From assembly GCA_035389045.1 (NCBI GenBank), contig DAOORA010000021.1:1-62857 (forward strand): a stretch of DNA of 62,857 bases, written 5' to 3'. Positions 43,230 through 53,198 of this stretch are shown here, in pieces. The first letter of the stretch is position 1, and every line of letters begins with the position of its first letter. The notes under the pieces are model-generated. The model ran no database searches. It saw nothing but the letters and a program-made list of their open reading frames with translations, and had not been told where the DNA came from. The translations under genes were made by a program, and so were the position numbers. This DNA is from Bacteroidales bacterium. Lineage in GTDB: Bacteria > Bacteroidota > Bacteroidia > Bacteroidales > CAIWKO01.

Positions 43230-46200
43230 TTAACGGATAAGATTAACGATGCCTTTGAAAACATGATTTCTGCCGCTGCGGTCCGTCACATTTATCATGT
43301 ATACAAAGGTATACGGCGCTGTTGAGGTGTAGTCGTAATGATTATTGAAAGTTCCGTTCCAGCCTTCGTTAATATCCTCTGTATAGAAAATCTCACGGCC
43401 CCACCTGTCGTATATTGCCATGTAGTAGTTTTTTGTATCGCAGCCTTCTCCAACGGGTAAGAATATATTATTTTTCTCGTCACCATTAGGTGTAAAACTA
43501 TTCGGGATCCAGAAAACAAACGACTGATAAATATAAATATATTTCTGAACGGTATCCATGCAGCCATAAGCATCGGTAACAACAAGCGTGACCAGATACG
43601 AGCCTGTGTCGGAGTATATATGTCTCACCTGCCTTCCCGTATCGGATGCCTGGTCGCCAAAATCCCAGACCCAAAGTACATTGTCGCCTGTGGACAGGTC
43701 GTAGAAAAGCACTTCACCTTCATCAATGACCTTGTATTCCGGTCGGGTATAAAACGTGGCCACAGGAACCGGCTCGTTGTCGACGGTCGCGTTTGCGGCG
43801 CCGGTACAGCCGTTGTATTCCACTGTGACGGTATATGTCCCGGCGGCAAGCCCGGTGGCGGTTTGGGTATATTGAGGCGGAACCGTGTTCCATTCATACG
43901 TACAACCGGTATCCTGAATTAAAACGCTAGCAGTACCATTGTCAAAGCCACAAACAGCATTGGTTACCGAAGTGCTGACATTTAATGAGGGATAAACATG
44001 TATTTCGATGGATGCTGATCCGGTGCATCCGTTACTGTTGGCAGTTACAACATAAGTGGTTGTTGTTGACGGGTACACCGTGACCACAGAATCTGTGCTG
44101 GGGGGCAGGGTATTCCACAGATAAGATTGACCTCCGGTGGCGGATAGTTGAAGCGGGCTGCCCTGACAGACCGGGGTATTTCCGCTTATGACGACGTCCG
44201 GCACCGGAAATACCGGAACATTGACGTTGCCTTCAGCGGTACATCCTGATGCAGAGGTACCTGTAACGATATAGCTTGTGGTAATAACCGGATTTACAGA
44301 TAGAGAGCTTCCTGTAGCGCCTGTGTTCCAAACATAGGATGCCGCCCCGGCAGCTGAAAGCGCAGCGGATTGCCCTTCGCATAAGGTGGCCGGAGAAGCT
44401 GTTACAGTGATTACCGGTAAGGGGTGCACCACTACGTTGACATAAGCGCTGGCGGAGCAGCCTGCTGCTGAGGTTCCTGTTACGACATAGTTTGCGGAAC
44501 CGGCCGGGCTTACGCTGATGGAGACGCCGGTTGCTCCTGTGTTCCAGGAGTAGGTGGATGCACCGGCAGCTGTGAGGGTGGTATTTTGTCCTGAACAGAT
44601 CTCAGCTGGTGAAGCTGTTGCAGATACAGCTGGCAGTGGGTTCACCGTCACGCTGACGGAAGCACTGGAAGAACATCCTGCCGACGTGGTTCCCGTCACC
44701 GAATACGTTGTTGATGTGGCCGGGCTTACAGTGATGGGAGAGCCTGTGGCTCCTGTATTCCAGGAGTACGATGATGCGCCGCCTGCCGAGAGGGAAGCGC
44801 TTTGCCCGGAACATACAGTAGCAGGGGCGGCTGTTGCGGTGATTGCCGGTATCGGATTTACCGTTACGCTGACAGAGACGGTTGAGGAACAACCCGATGA
44901 AGTAGTCCCTGTTACTGCATAAGTTGTAGAGGAAGTCGGGCTTACCGTTATGCTTGCCCCTGTGGCTCCTGTATTCCACAAATATAATGATGCCCCGCTT
45001 GCTGAAAGCGTAGTGCTTTGCCCCGGGCATATGGCAGCGGGTGAAGCGGAAGCAGTTACCGAAGGTAGGGGCGTGACTGTGACACTGACGCTAGCACTGG
45101 AAGAGCAGCCTGCCGTTGTTGTTCCCGTGACGGAATATGTCGTTGAAGTGGTCGGGCTGACTGTGACAGGTGTGCCTGTGGCTCCTGTATTCCATAAATA
45201 GGAAGATGCGCCGCCTGCCGACAGCGAGGTGCTTTGTCCTGTACATATAGCCGCCGGGGAGGCCGAGGCCGTCACCGCTGGCAGTGGATTAACTGTAACG
45301 CTGACGGTAGCGGTGGAAGAGCAGCCTGCCACCGTGGTCCCTGTCACAGTATAGGTTGTTGAAGTGGTCGGGCTGACGGTGATGGGTGTTCCGGTGCTTC
45401 CTGTATTCCATGAGTATGATGTTGCCCCGCCTGCCGAAAGGGACGTGTTCTGACCCGTGCATATGGCAGCAGGTGTGGCCAAGGCCGTCACCACCGGCAT
45501 GGGATTCATGGTCACGCTGACGGTAGCGGTGGAAGAGCAGCCTGCCGCCGTGGTTCCTGTTACCGTATAGGTGGTTGCCGTGGTGGGGTTGACCGTGACC
45601 GATGATCCGGTTGCTCCCGTATTCCAGGAGTATGATGTTGCCCCGCCTGCCGAAAGGGATGTGTTCTGCCCCGGGCATATGGCAGCAGGTGTGGCTGAGG
45701 CCGTAACCACAGGCATGGGATTCATAGTCACGCTGACGGTTGCAGCGGAAGAGCAGCCTGCCGACGTGGTTCCCGTTACGGTATAGGTAGTTGCTGTAGT
45801 CGGGTTGACAGTGATTGGCGAACCTGTGGCTCCTGTATTCCATGAATAAGTGGATGCACCGCTTGCTGAAAGCGAGGTGCTCTGTCCGGGACATACAGCA
45901 GCAGGGGAGGCGGAGGCCGTCACTGTGGGCTGGGGATTTACCGTCACATTCGCTGAGGCGGAAGCGCTGCACCCGGAACTGTTACTCACGGTGACACTGT
46001 AAGTGCCGCTGTGTGAGTTGTTTACATTGGTAATTACCGGGTTTTGCTGACTGCTGGTGAAGCCGTTGGGACCAGACCATTGGTATTGTGCTGCCGGGGA
46101 AACGTTCAGATGAAGGTCATTACCGGTGCATAAAGGGGTGGTATAGGATGCTGTTGTAGCAGGAAGGGTGGTTACAAAGACCTGTACCGTATCCCATGCG

Positions 46201-47069
46201 GATTCGCACCAGGGATTGGTCACATGGACCACATAAGTATTCAGGCCGGCAACCTGTGCAGGGTCGGTGACATTTTGCGAGCTGTAATTGGTTCCGCTAT
46301 TCAGATGGGTCCACTGGAACTGATACACGGAAGTGTTAGCGGCATTGGTCAGCGCACAGGCGAGGGTGTAGCTATCGCCCTGGCATATGGTATCAGGCGC
46401 TGTCGCTGCAATCTGGGCATATTCAAGCGAGATGGTAGGATGTTTTGTGGGATCGGCAAATTCTTTGGTAGCGAAGGTGACTCTCCGGTAGGTAACTCCT
46501 TCGCCTACCTGTCGCATCAGAATGCCGTAATTGGGTATGCCGTTGCACATCCAGTCATACACAAGATTTGAAATGTCTACATGATAATCCTGAGTGGAGG
46601 GGTTCGGGACAGAAGAAGGCACCGTTATCTGCCCTGTGGTGGTGGTGGCCGGCTGATTGGCCCATGTGACTCCCAACTCCGTCCAGGCTGCGGTAATCCT
46701 TTGAATATAAAACTGATTATCGGTGGCAGAGCCTGTGTACCAGTCCGTTTCAGTGCTTCCAGTTGGATAGTAAAGGTTAAGCGTGGCTCTGTTATCATAC
46801 AGGCGGTGGGCAGCGGCAGGAATATTGAGATTGAAATTTGCCACACACCTTATGGTCCCCTGCCCGCAACCCAGGGCAACCCATGTCCAGACACTGGCCA
46901 GCATAATGGTTGACGAACCGTAATTGGTGGTCTGCCAGGTGGTACAGGGGCCTGTATTATTTATTTCTATCAACGCGTCTGCAGAACTGGGAACAACAAC
47001 TGTTTGGGCAAATGAGAAAAAAACAGAAAAAAACAAAGAAAAACAATACACAGTGGCTTTTTTTCTCAT
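43230..47069 (-). CDS. DNRLRE-like domain + eight 72-aa Ig-like repeats + PKD + T9SS type B CTD surface protein
   Basis: WTE..VTW.NQP; repeats AAICPGQ.TSLSAGGA.SYSWNTGATG; WDFGD; IPNSFTPNGD..N. Confidence 0.88.
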   Translation of the reverse strand: MRKKATVYCFSLFFSVFFSFAQTVVVPSSADALIEINNTGPCTTWQTTNYGSSTIMLASVWTWVALGCGQGTIRCVANFNLNIPAAAHRLYDNRATLNLYYPTGSTETDWYTGSATDNQFYIQRITAAWTELGVTWANQPATTTTGQITVPSSVPNPSTQDYHVDISNLVYDWMCNGIPNYGILMRQVGEGVTYRRVTFATKEFADPTKHPTISLEYAQIAATAPDTICQGDSYTLACALTNAANTSVYQFQWTHLNSGTNYSSQNVTDPAQVAGLNTYVVHVTNPWCESAWDTVQVFVTTLPATTASYTTPLCTGNDLHLNVSPAAQYQWSGPNGFTSSQQNPVITNVNNSHSGTYSVTVSNSSGCSASASANVTVNPQPTVTASASPAAVCPGQSTSLSASGASTYSWNTGATGSPITVNPTTATTYTVTGTTSAGCSSAATVSVTMNPMPVVTASATPAAICPGQNTSLSAGGATSYSWNTGATGSSVTVNPTTATTYTVTGTTAAGCSSTATVSVTMNPMPVVTALATPAAICTGQNTSLSAGGATSYSWNTGSTGTPITVSPTTSTTYTVTGTTVAGCSSTATVSVTVNPLPAVTASASPAAICTGQSTSLSAGGASSYLWNTGATGTPVTVSPTTSTTYSVTGTTTAGCSSSASVSVTVTPLPSVTASASPAAICPGQSTTLSASGASLYLWNTGATGASITVSPTSSTTYAVTGTTSSGCSSTVSVSVTVNPIPAITATAAPATVCSGQSASLSAGGASSYSWNTGATGSPITVSPATSTTYSVTGTTSAGCSSSASVSVTVNPLPAVSATASPAEICSGQNTTLTAAGASTYSWNTGATGVSISVSPAGSANYVVTGTSAAGCSASAYVNVVVHPLPVITVTASPATLCEGQSAALSAAGAASYVWNTGATGSSLSVNPVITTSYIVTGTSASGCTAEGNVNVPVFPVPDVVISGNTPVCQGSPLQLSATGGQSYLWNTLPPSTDSVVTVYPSTTTTYVVTANSNGCTGSASIEIHVYPSLNVSTSVTNAVCGFDNGTASVLIQDTGCTYEWNTVPPQYTQTATGLAAGTYTVTVEYNGCTGAANATVDNEPVPVATFYTRPEYKVIDEGEVLFYDLSTGDNVLWVWDFGDQASDTGRQVRHIYSDTGSYLVTLVVTDAYGCMDTVQKYIYIYQSFVFWIPNSFTPNGDEKNNIFLPVGEGCDTKNYYMAIYDRWGREIFYTEDINEGWNGTFNNHYDYTSTAPYTFVYMINVTDRSGRNHVFKGIVNLIR

Positions 47070-47284
47070 GTGTTCAATAGTTTAAGATCCCTGGATTTTC
47101 CGATCAGAATCTTTAGTGATTAATCATATCCATAATAAATAAACTCCAAATGCCAGAAAATACTTGTCAAAAATATAAAAATATAAGAACAGATGATATC
47201 GGTTCGGTGTAATTGAATACAGTATTAAATATTGCACACAGGGCATTAAAAGGATTAGACACAAACAAAATATTCGTGGCTGTG

Positions 47285-47336
47285 GTGGCGGCACGACTGA
47301 CTGCAGCATGAGCCTTTCACGCAGTCGTGCTGCCAC
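47285..47336. repeat. GC-rich intergenic stem-loop
   Basis: GTGGCGGCACGACTG-N22-CAGTCGTGCTGCCAC. Confidence 0.6.
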
Positions 47337-47410
47337 TTTCAGCCAGGCATATTAAGTTTTAAACGTTGCACAGCAGGATAGTAAAACGATTAGACAGTGA
47401 TTTTAAAACC

Positions 47411-49273
47411 TTACCTCAATATCGTGAGGGTTCCACTAAATTTATCTCCATTATCGGTGTTCAGGGTATAAAAATATACGCCTTCGGCCAGACCTTTCCC
47501 ATTCCAGTCGTTCTGATAATCATCACTATGGAAGATCACCTTTCCCCACCGGTTGAAAATGTATAGCGTGGAACCGGGAAAGTATTCCAGGTCTTTGATA
47601 TACAGCATATCATTTTTACCATCATCATTGGGTGTAATGATGTTAGGTATCACGATCTGTGGTATATAGCATGATATCGTAGATCCCGGGACAAAGACAT
47701 CTGTATTTCCGGTGCAGCCGTTTGAATCAGTGACGGTGACGGAATAGCTACCTGTTACTATTCCTGTAATGGTATCGCCGACATGTCCGTCGTTCCAGAC
47801 ATAGGTGTATGGGCTCACTCCGTTTACTGAGGTGGCAACCGCATAGCCGTCGCCTTTGCCGATGCATGTTTCATTTACCACCGCCACTGATGGCAAGGGC
47901 AAAGGCCATGTGACCACAGTGATTTTTGCGGTATCGCTGCATCCGAATGTATTGGTGACCGTGACAAAATAAGTGGAGGTATCCGTTACTATTACCGGTT
48001 CGGTTGAGGACGACCCGCCGGTACTCCATGAATATGCCGGCCCTCCGGAAGCGGAAAGTAAGACCGTGCTTCCCAGGCAGGCCAGGGTGTCACCGGTGAT
48101 AGCTGCAATAGGTTTGGCATGTATTGTAACATTCAGGGTCATCACCGTATCGCAGCCCAGGCCATTGCTGACCGTGGCTGTATAAATTCCGCTGTTGGAC
48201 GTCAGTACTCCGGCTATATCAGGGTTGGGCAGGTTGCTGTTAAATCCGTTGGGTCCGGTCCACTGGTAAAAGAGTCCCCCTGAAGCGGTCAGCAAAAGGG
48301 TATCTTCCTCACAGACAGGTGAATTATATGAAGCTGTTGCATTAGGCCTGGCAGCAACGTATACTTCGACTGTATCGCTGGCGGTCTGACACCAGGGATT
48401 GGAAACCTGAACCACATAAGTGTTCATTCCGGGAACCTGTGCGGGATCAGTGACGTTCTGCGTATTATATGTGTTACCAGTGTTCAGGTGAGTCCACAGG
48501 AACTGGTAAGAAGCAGGATTGTAGGCGTTGTTGAGCGAGCAGGATAGGGTGTAGTTGCTTCCTTCGCAGATGCTGTCAGGCGCTGTAGCGGCGATCTCTG
48601 CGTATTCAAGTGTCAGCGTGGGATGTTTTGCGGGGTCTGCAAATTCTTTGGTAGCAAAGGTGACCCTCCGGTAAGTAACCCCTTCACCAACCTGGCGTAG
48701 CATCAGCCCGTAATTTGGTGTGCTGCCGCATATCCAGTCATATACCAATGTGGAGATGTCAACGTGATAATCCTGGGTGGATGGGTTGGGAGTAGAAGAA
48801 GGTACGGTAATTTGTCCGGTAGTGGTGGTGGCTGGTTGATTATCCCAGGTCACGGCCATCTCTGTCCAAGGAGCTGTGATGCGTTGTATATAGAACTGAT
48901 TGTCGGTAGCGGTACCTGTATACCAGTCCGTTTCAGTGCTTCCGGTGGGGAAGAACAGGTTCAGCACCGCCCTGTTATCATACAGACGCTGTGGATCGGC
49001 AGGAATGTTCAGGTTGAAATTCACCACGGAACGTATCGTTCCCTGCCCGCAGCCCAGGGCATTCCATGTCCAGACACTGGCCAGCATAATGGTTGACGAA
49101 CCGTAATTGGTTGTCTGCCATGTTAAACAAGGCCCCGACACATTGATCTCGATCAAAGCATCAGCTGTAGTGGGAAGTACAATGGTTTGTGCAGTGGAAA
49201 AAAAAGCAAAGGACAGCAGAAAACTCATTAACAGAATTGTAGGTCTTATCTTCCTTGTTTGATGATTAAACAT
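47411..49273 (-). CDS. Paralogous DNRLRE-like + Ig-like/SprB-like + T9SS type B CTD protein
   Basis: N-terminal ~300 aa closely match 43230-47069; IPNIITPNDDGKND...FNRWG. Confidence 0.88.
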   Translation of the reverse strand: MFNHQTRKIRPTILLMSFLLSFAFFSTAQTIVLPTTADALIEINVSGPCLTWQTTNYGSSTIMLASVWTWNALGCGQGTIRSVVNFNLNIPADPQRLYDNRAVLNLFFPTGSTETDWYTGTATDNQFYIQRITAPWTEMAVTWDNQPATTTTGQITVPSSTPNPSTQDYHVDISTLVYDWICGSTPNYGLMLRQVGEGVTYRRVTFATKEFADPAKHPTLTLEYAEIAATAPDSICEGSNYTLSCSLNNAYNPASYQFLWTHLNTGNTYNTQNVTDPAQVPGMNTYVVQVSNPWCQTASDTVEVYVAARPNATASYNSPVCEEDTLLLTASGGLFYQWTGPNGFNSNLPNPDIAGVLTSNSGIYTATVSNGLGCDTVMTLNVTIHAKPIAAITGDTLACLGSTVLLSASGGPAYSWSTGGSSSTEPVIVTDTSTYFVTVTNTFGCSDTAKITVVTWPLPLPSVAVVNETCIGKGDGYAVATSVNGVSPYTYVWNDGHVGDTITGIVTGSYSVTVTDSNGCTGNTDVFVPGSTISCYIPQIVIPNIITPNDDGKNDMLYIKDLEYFPGSTLYIFNRWGKVIFHSDDYQNDWNGKGLAEGVYFYTLNTDNGDKFSGTLTILR

Positions 49274-49474
49274 AAAGGATCTTGTTTGTCGTTGTACTTA
49301 TTTAGAAATCACAAACCAATGACATGAATTACTATGGTTTGGTTGCATTGAAGAAAAAAAATAAAGGATTTGTGAAATAGATGATAGCAACAATGCTGAT
49401 CAATAATGGTGACAGAATCTGTAAATGGCTGTTTTGAAATATTTTACAGGAAAGTATTATCAATAATGCTGAGA

Positions 49475-50098
49475 TCATCTGTCGATAGCCCTGAATCCGC
49501 ATTTTTCAGCCAGTGGATAGTCTTCGTATATCCATTGAACTATTTTAGATGCTTTATTGGTTTTTACCGCCAGGAAATTGTTCTGTTCGTCCTGAAAAAG
49601 CATACCATTGCGGTCTTTTTTCTTTCTTCCTTTTAATTTATATTCGAGGAACAAAAGATCGGTGATGGTACCTTCGAGCCATGGTGTTTCTTTATCGTAT
49701 CCGGCGACCCAGCTGATTCTGGAGCCGCAACTGTCCATAAACTCCTCGAGTTTTTTGCCGACTTCGCAGGCACCGATCAGAATACCTTTGTTGTTGTGTC
49801 CGCCAGGGCCTTTTTTCATAGTTGATTTTGCCACCTTGTTCATGTTGATGCCTTTGATATATCCTTTGAGCCTACCCCCCTGGCCGTGGCCGGCTATGTA
49901 ACATATCTCCATCTCTTTGTGCCAGATGAAACGTTCCAGCCACATGGTGAGATCACTGGTATTATAATACATCCTGTAGCTAAGCGAGATATTGTTCAGA
50001 TTGGCCCAGCCCTGCATGAACAGACGGACACTTTGCTCGTTGCTCAGGTCCTGCGACCAGGGACACTCCAGTACCAGCAAACCTAATTTTTTTTTCAT
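49475..50098 (-). CDS. Caspase/CHAT-like (clan CD; DUF6642-like) protein
   Basis: LLVLECPW, CYIAGHG His, ILIGAC Cys, WVAGY....PW. Confidence 0.65.
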   Translation of the reverse strand: MKKKLGLLVLECPWSQDLSNEQSVRLFMQGWANLNNISLSYRMYYNTSDLTMWLERFIWHKEMEICYIAGHGQGGRLKGYIKGINMNKVAKSTMKKGPGGHNNKGILIGACEVGKKLEEFMDSCGSRISWVAGYDKETPWLEGTITDLLFLEYKLKGRKKKDRNGMLFQDEQNNFLAVKTNKASKIVQWIYEDYPLAEKCGFRAIDR

Positions 50099-50179
50099 GA
50101 ATATAACTTTAAACCAACTGTAAAAAAATCCGGCAGGAATATGATAAGAATAAAAATATGTAAATATTAAATATTATTA

Positions 50180-50464
50180 TCACTTGTTGTTCACATCCTG
50201 TTCCGTTTTATTCTCGTCGCCTTCAACAGTCATTTTATTATCCTTAGATGTAAAGGTTGGGTTGTTCACATCCTGTTGGGTGATGTTTTTGTTACCTTTT
50301 ACAGTAAGTGTATTGCTTTTGTCTTTCTGTTCCTTGTTTTTGTCAAACGACAGTTTGAATTTCTTCCAGTCAAAACTGACCGTACCGCTTTTGGCGACGA
50401 TGATCACTACAACAATGACGATCAGCCCGCCGGCAATCCAGAGTACTAATGGTGAAATACTCAT
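50180..50464 (-). CDS. Small single-TM protein with two C-terminal amyloid-like pseudo-repeats
   Basis: Hydrophobic residues 6-24; NTLTVKGNKNITQQDVNN and NKMTVEGDENKTEQDVNN. Confidence 0.75.
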   Translation of the reverse strand: MSISPLVLWIAGGLIVIVVVIIVAKSGTVSFDWKKFKLSFDKNKEQKDKSNTLTVKGNKNITQQDVNNPTFTSKDNKMTVEGDENKTEQDVNNK

Positions 50465-50521
50465 AATTTTTAGTTTTTAGATTAATAAAAGTTTGTATAT
50501 CAAATAGTAAATATCAAATAA

Positions 50522-52819
50522 TTATTTATTCATATTTTCCTGATCACGGATTTTCTGTTTTATACTTTCATTGATTTTTACCACCGTATCAATATAGGGG
50601 TGGCCTTTTGGCAGTAACTTCTGATAAACCTCCACAGCTTTATCAGACAATTCCAGTGCCTGCTCATACTCGCCCAGCGCTTCAAGTACTAAAGCGAGGT
50701 TGGAATAGCTCATAGCGGTATCCGGGTGATCTTTTTTATAATTGTTTTCAAAGACCTTCACCGCATGTTCAAGTTCTGTTTTTGCTCCCTGAACATCGCG
50801 TAGTTTGAATAATACGGTAGCCAGGTTCAAACCGGCCTTTGCGGTATATGGATGATCTTCACCATAGTTCTTTTTCATGCTGCGGGTACATTTCTCCAGC
50901 AGTATTTTTGCACCTTCAAAATCGTTCATCTCCCTGAGCAATAAGGCGAGGTTGGAATAATGGATGGCCGTTGCGGGATGATCTTTTCCATGGTTTTTTT
51001 CATCACTGACGATCACTTTTCTGTAAAGTTCTGCTGCAAGCTCTTTTTCGCCTGTGTATTTAAGCGCTATGGCCAGGTTTGCATAATGATTAGCCGTTAT
51101 GGGGTGCTCCTGTCCAAAATTCTTTTCATCAGATTGTACCGATTTTTGCATGAAATATTTTGCACCTTCATAATCAGCGAGGTCGAGCAGCACCATGGCC
51201 AGGTTGGAATAACTCACAGCTGTTTCATGGTGTTCTGGTCCAAAGTTTTTCTCGTCGCTGGCCACCACCTTTTCCAGAAGTATCTTTGCTTGTGCTGGAT
51301 TACCAATATCTTTTAAGGCTACAGCCAGCAGGTTCTGCAGTTCTGAAATCTTTTTCTCGTCTTCATTCAGCAGGTTTTCCTGTGTTTCCATTACCGCCAG
51401 CAAAGACTTTCCGTAAGGTATCCACGGAAATCTTGTTGCCGGATTATCTTTGGTCTGGTCGGTGTTTAACCTGGCGCTGATCTGTTCTGCCAGATAGCCG
51501 ACATCCTGCAGGCTTACCGGTATCTGCATGAGCAGCACTCCGCCAATGATATGGTGCATTTTGTAACTGTCGTTCAGCGGATGTTTCATTAGCCAGCCTT
51601 TTCTTACCAACCGGTTCAGAAAGAGCGGGAGCTTCTTGTTCTCCTTGTCTTCCAGTATCAGTTCTTTAAGCAGATCATAGCCAATAAATGCTGAAGGCAT
51701 ACAGGCAAAATACTTCATCACACGGATCTCTTCCTGCTCAAGCCGGCTTAAATTAAAAAAAGAACTCAGGTAGGTGCCGATGCGGTAAATGGTGTTATCC
51801 GAATGATACATATCCGGAATTTCGGTGTCCAGGTTTAAGGCAAGTGCATTGCTCAGTTCCTCAAAGGTGTAATCGATATTTTCTGCCGTTTTTGCCAGGA
51901 TCTCGATCGTAAGGGTATGGTATTCTACCGACCTGACCAATGCTGCAATCTGTTCACCGGTTAATTTAGCGCGTGAGTAATGCATTTTAAAGAGCTGCAT
52001 AGCATCATCATGGGGTAACGGATCTGTCTGCATCAGGCTAAAACCGTTGAGATGCAGCTGCGAGGTAATCAGGACATGCCACAGCGGCTGTTTGGGCAAA
52101 TTGTTCCTGTGAGTTTCCATCGTAATGCCGGCATTATCAATAATCAGAAGGCAGGGGCCTTCATCAAAAGTCTTTAACTTACGCATGATCTCGCTGAATA
52201 TTTCAGCAGGCTTTTCCAGCTCACTACTGATCGAAAGATTATTCAATAATGCCTGATCCCGTGCAAAATCGGGAATGATATCATCCGAAACCTGTTGCAC
52301 CCACACTATGTGTTTATAATGGTCCCAGAAATTGTGCATATAATACTGCGCAAGGGTGGATTTTCCGATGCCTTCCATGCCATGAATGACCACCATCTGC
52401 CTGCCGTCCCACAACATTTCATGCAAGGCTTTCACTTCGGCAATTCTGCCGATCAGGCTGTCCTGTTCAACAAAGGGGATATTACCGCTGAGTTCTTTGG
52501 GGAGCTTACCAGCGGCATCATAATGATAATGGATTTCATCGCCTATCCTTACGGATGTTGCATTGATATTACCCTGAACCAGATTTTTTTGGATGCCTGT
52601 TCCCTGTATGAGGTTTTTGAAAAGTTCCGTGAATTTATCCGATTGTTCTTTTACTATCTGTTGTATCACCGCAATTTGCTCATTGTTGAGTTGCTGCAGC
52701 TTTTCAAGAACATCGGGATCATGGGCGTTTATAGTGATAGTGGAATTATTGCTGTTCTGGACAACGATATTTCCGGCTCCGTCTATTTTGACATCATTTT
52801 TATTTCCAAAGATACCCAT
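50522..52819 (-). CDS. STAND/NB-ARC NTPase with C-terminal TPRs (NLR-like) and N-terminal amyloid-like motifs
   Basis: Walker A GMEGIGKST, Walker B LLIIDN, VLITS, YKMH; 42-aa TPRs G..HP.TA..Y.NLA. Confidence 0.9.
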   Translation of the reverse strand: MGIFGNKNDVKIDGAGNIVVQNSNNSTITINAHDPDVLEKLQQLNNEQIAVIQQIVKEQSDKFTELFKNLIQGTGIQKNLVQGNINATSVRIGDEIHYHYDAAGKLPKELSGNIPFVEQDSLIGRIAEVKALHEMLWDGRQMVVIHGMEGIGKSTLAQYYMHNFWDHYKHIVWVQQVSDDIIPDFARDQALLNNLSISSELEKPAEIFSEIMRKLKTFDEGPCLLIIDNAGITMETHRNNLPKQPLWHVLITSQLHLNGFSLMQTDPLPHDDAMQLFKMHYSRAKLTGEQIAALVRSVEYHTLTIEILAKTAENIDYTFEELSNALALNLDTEIPDMYHSDNTIYRIGTYLSSFFNLSRLEQEEIRVMKYFACMPSAFIGYDLLKELILEDKENKKLPLFLNRLVRKGWLMKHPLNDSYKMHHIIGGVLLMQIPVSLQDVGYLAEQISARLNTDQTKDNPATRFPWIPYGKSLLAVMETQENLLNEDEKKISELQNLLAVALKDIGNPAQAKILLEKVVASDEKNFGPEHHETAVSYSNLAMVLLDLADYEGAKYFMQKSVQSDEKNFGQEHPITANHYANLAIALKYTGEKELAAELYRKVIVSDEKNHGKDHPATAIHYSNLALLLREMNDFEGAKILLEKCTRSMKKNYGEDHPYTAKAGLNLATVLFKLRDVQGAKTELEHAVKVFENNYKKDHPDTAMSYSNLALVLEALGEYEQALELSDKAVEVYQKLLPKGHPYIDTVVKINESIKQKIRDQENMNK

Positions 52820-53005
52820 ATCTTAATTGTTTGGGTTTTCAATTAGATCATAAGGTCTTGTTAGTGAATATCTTCAGTATTTTTTCTCATGACCGGTGAG
52901 GACATCATAATGTTTGATTCTTGTTAAATTACAACATTATTTTTAATTATTAAACAAAAATAATATTGTTTTTATTATGAGTGTATTTATTTTCAAAAAC
53001 ATTTT

Positions 53006-53013
53006 TAACTTTG
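53006..53013 (+). promoter_or_regulatory. -7 promoter element (TAACTTTG) upstream of tRNA-Gly
   Basis: TAnnTTTG consensus. Confidence 0.55.
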
Positions 53014-53087
53014 CAGGCTGGAAGAGCATGGAGCATTTTGCATTTGTCTGACAATCAATATGCGGGGCTTTTTCAGGATGGCTTATC

Positions 53088-53160
53088 GCGGTAGTAGCTC
53101 AGATGGTAGAGCATCAGCTTCCCAAGCTGAGGGTCGTGGGTTCGAGCCCCATTTACCGCT
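53088..53160 (+). tRNA. tRNA-Gly(CCC)
   Basis: Acceptor GCGGTAG/TTACCGC, D-arm, anticodon loop TTCCCAA, GGTTCGAG T-loop. Confidence 0.95.
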
Positions 53161-53198
53161 CAAAAAAAACCGGTTCAAAAATGGGCCGGTTTTTTATT

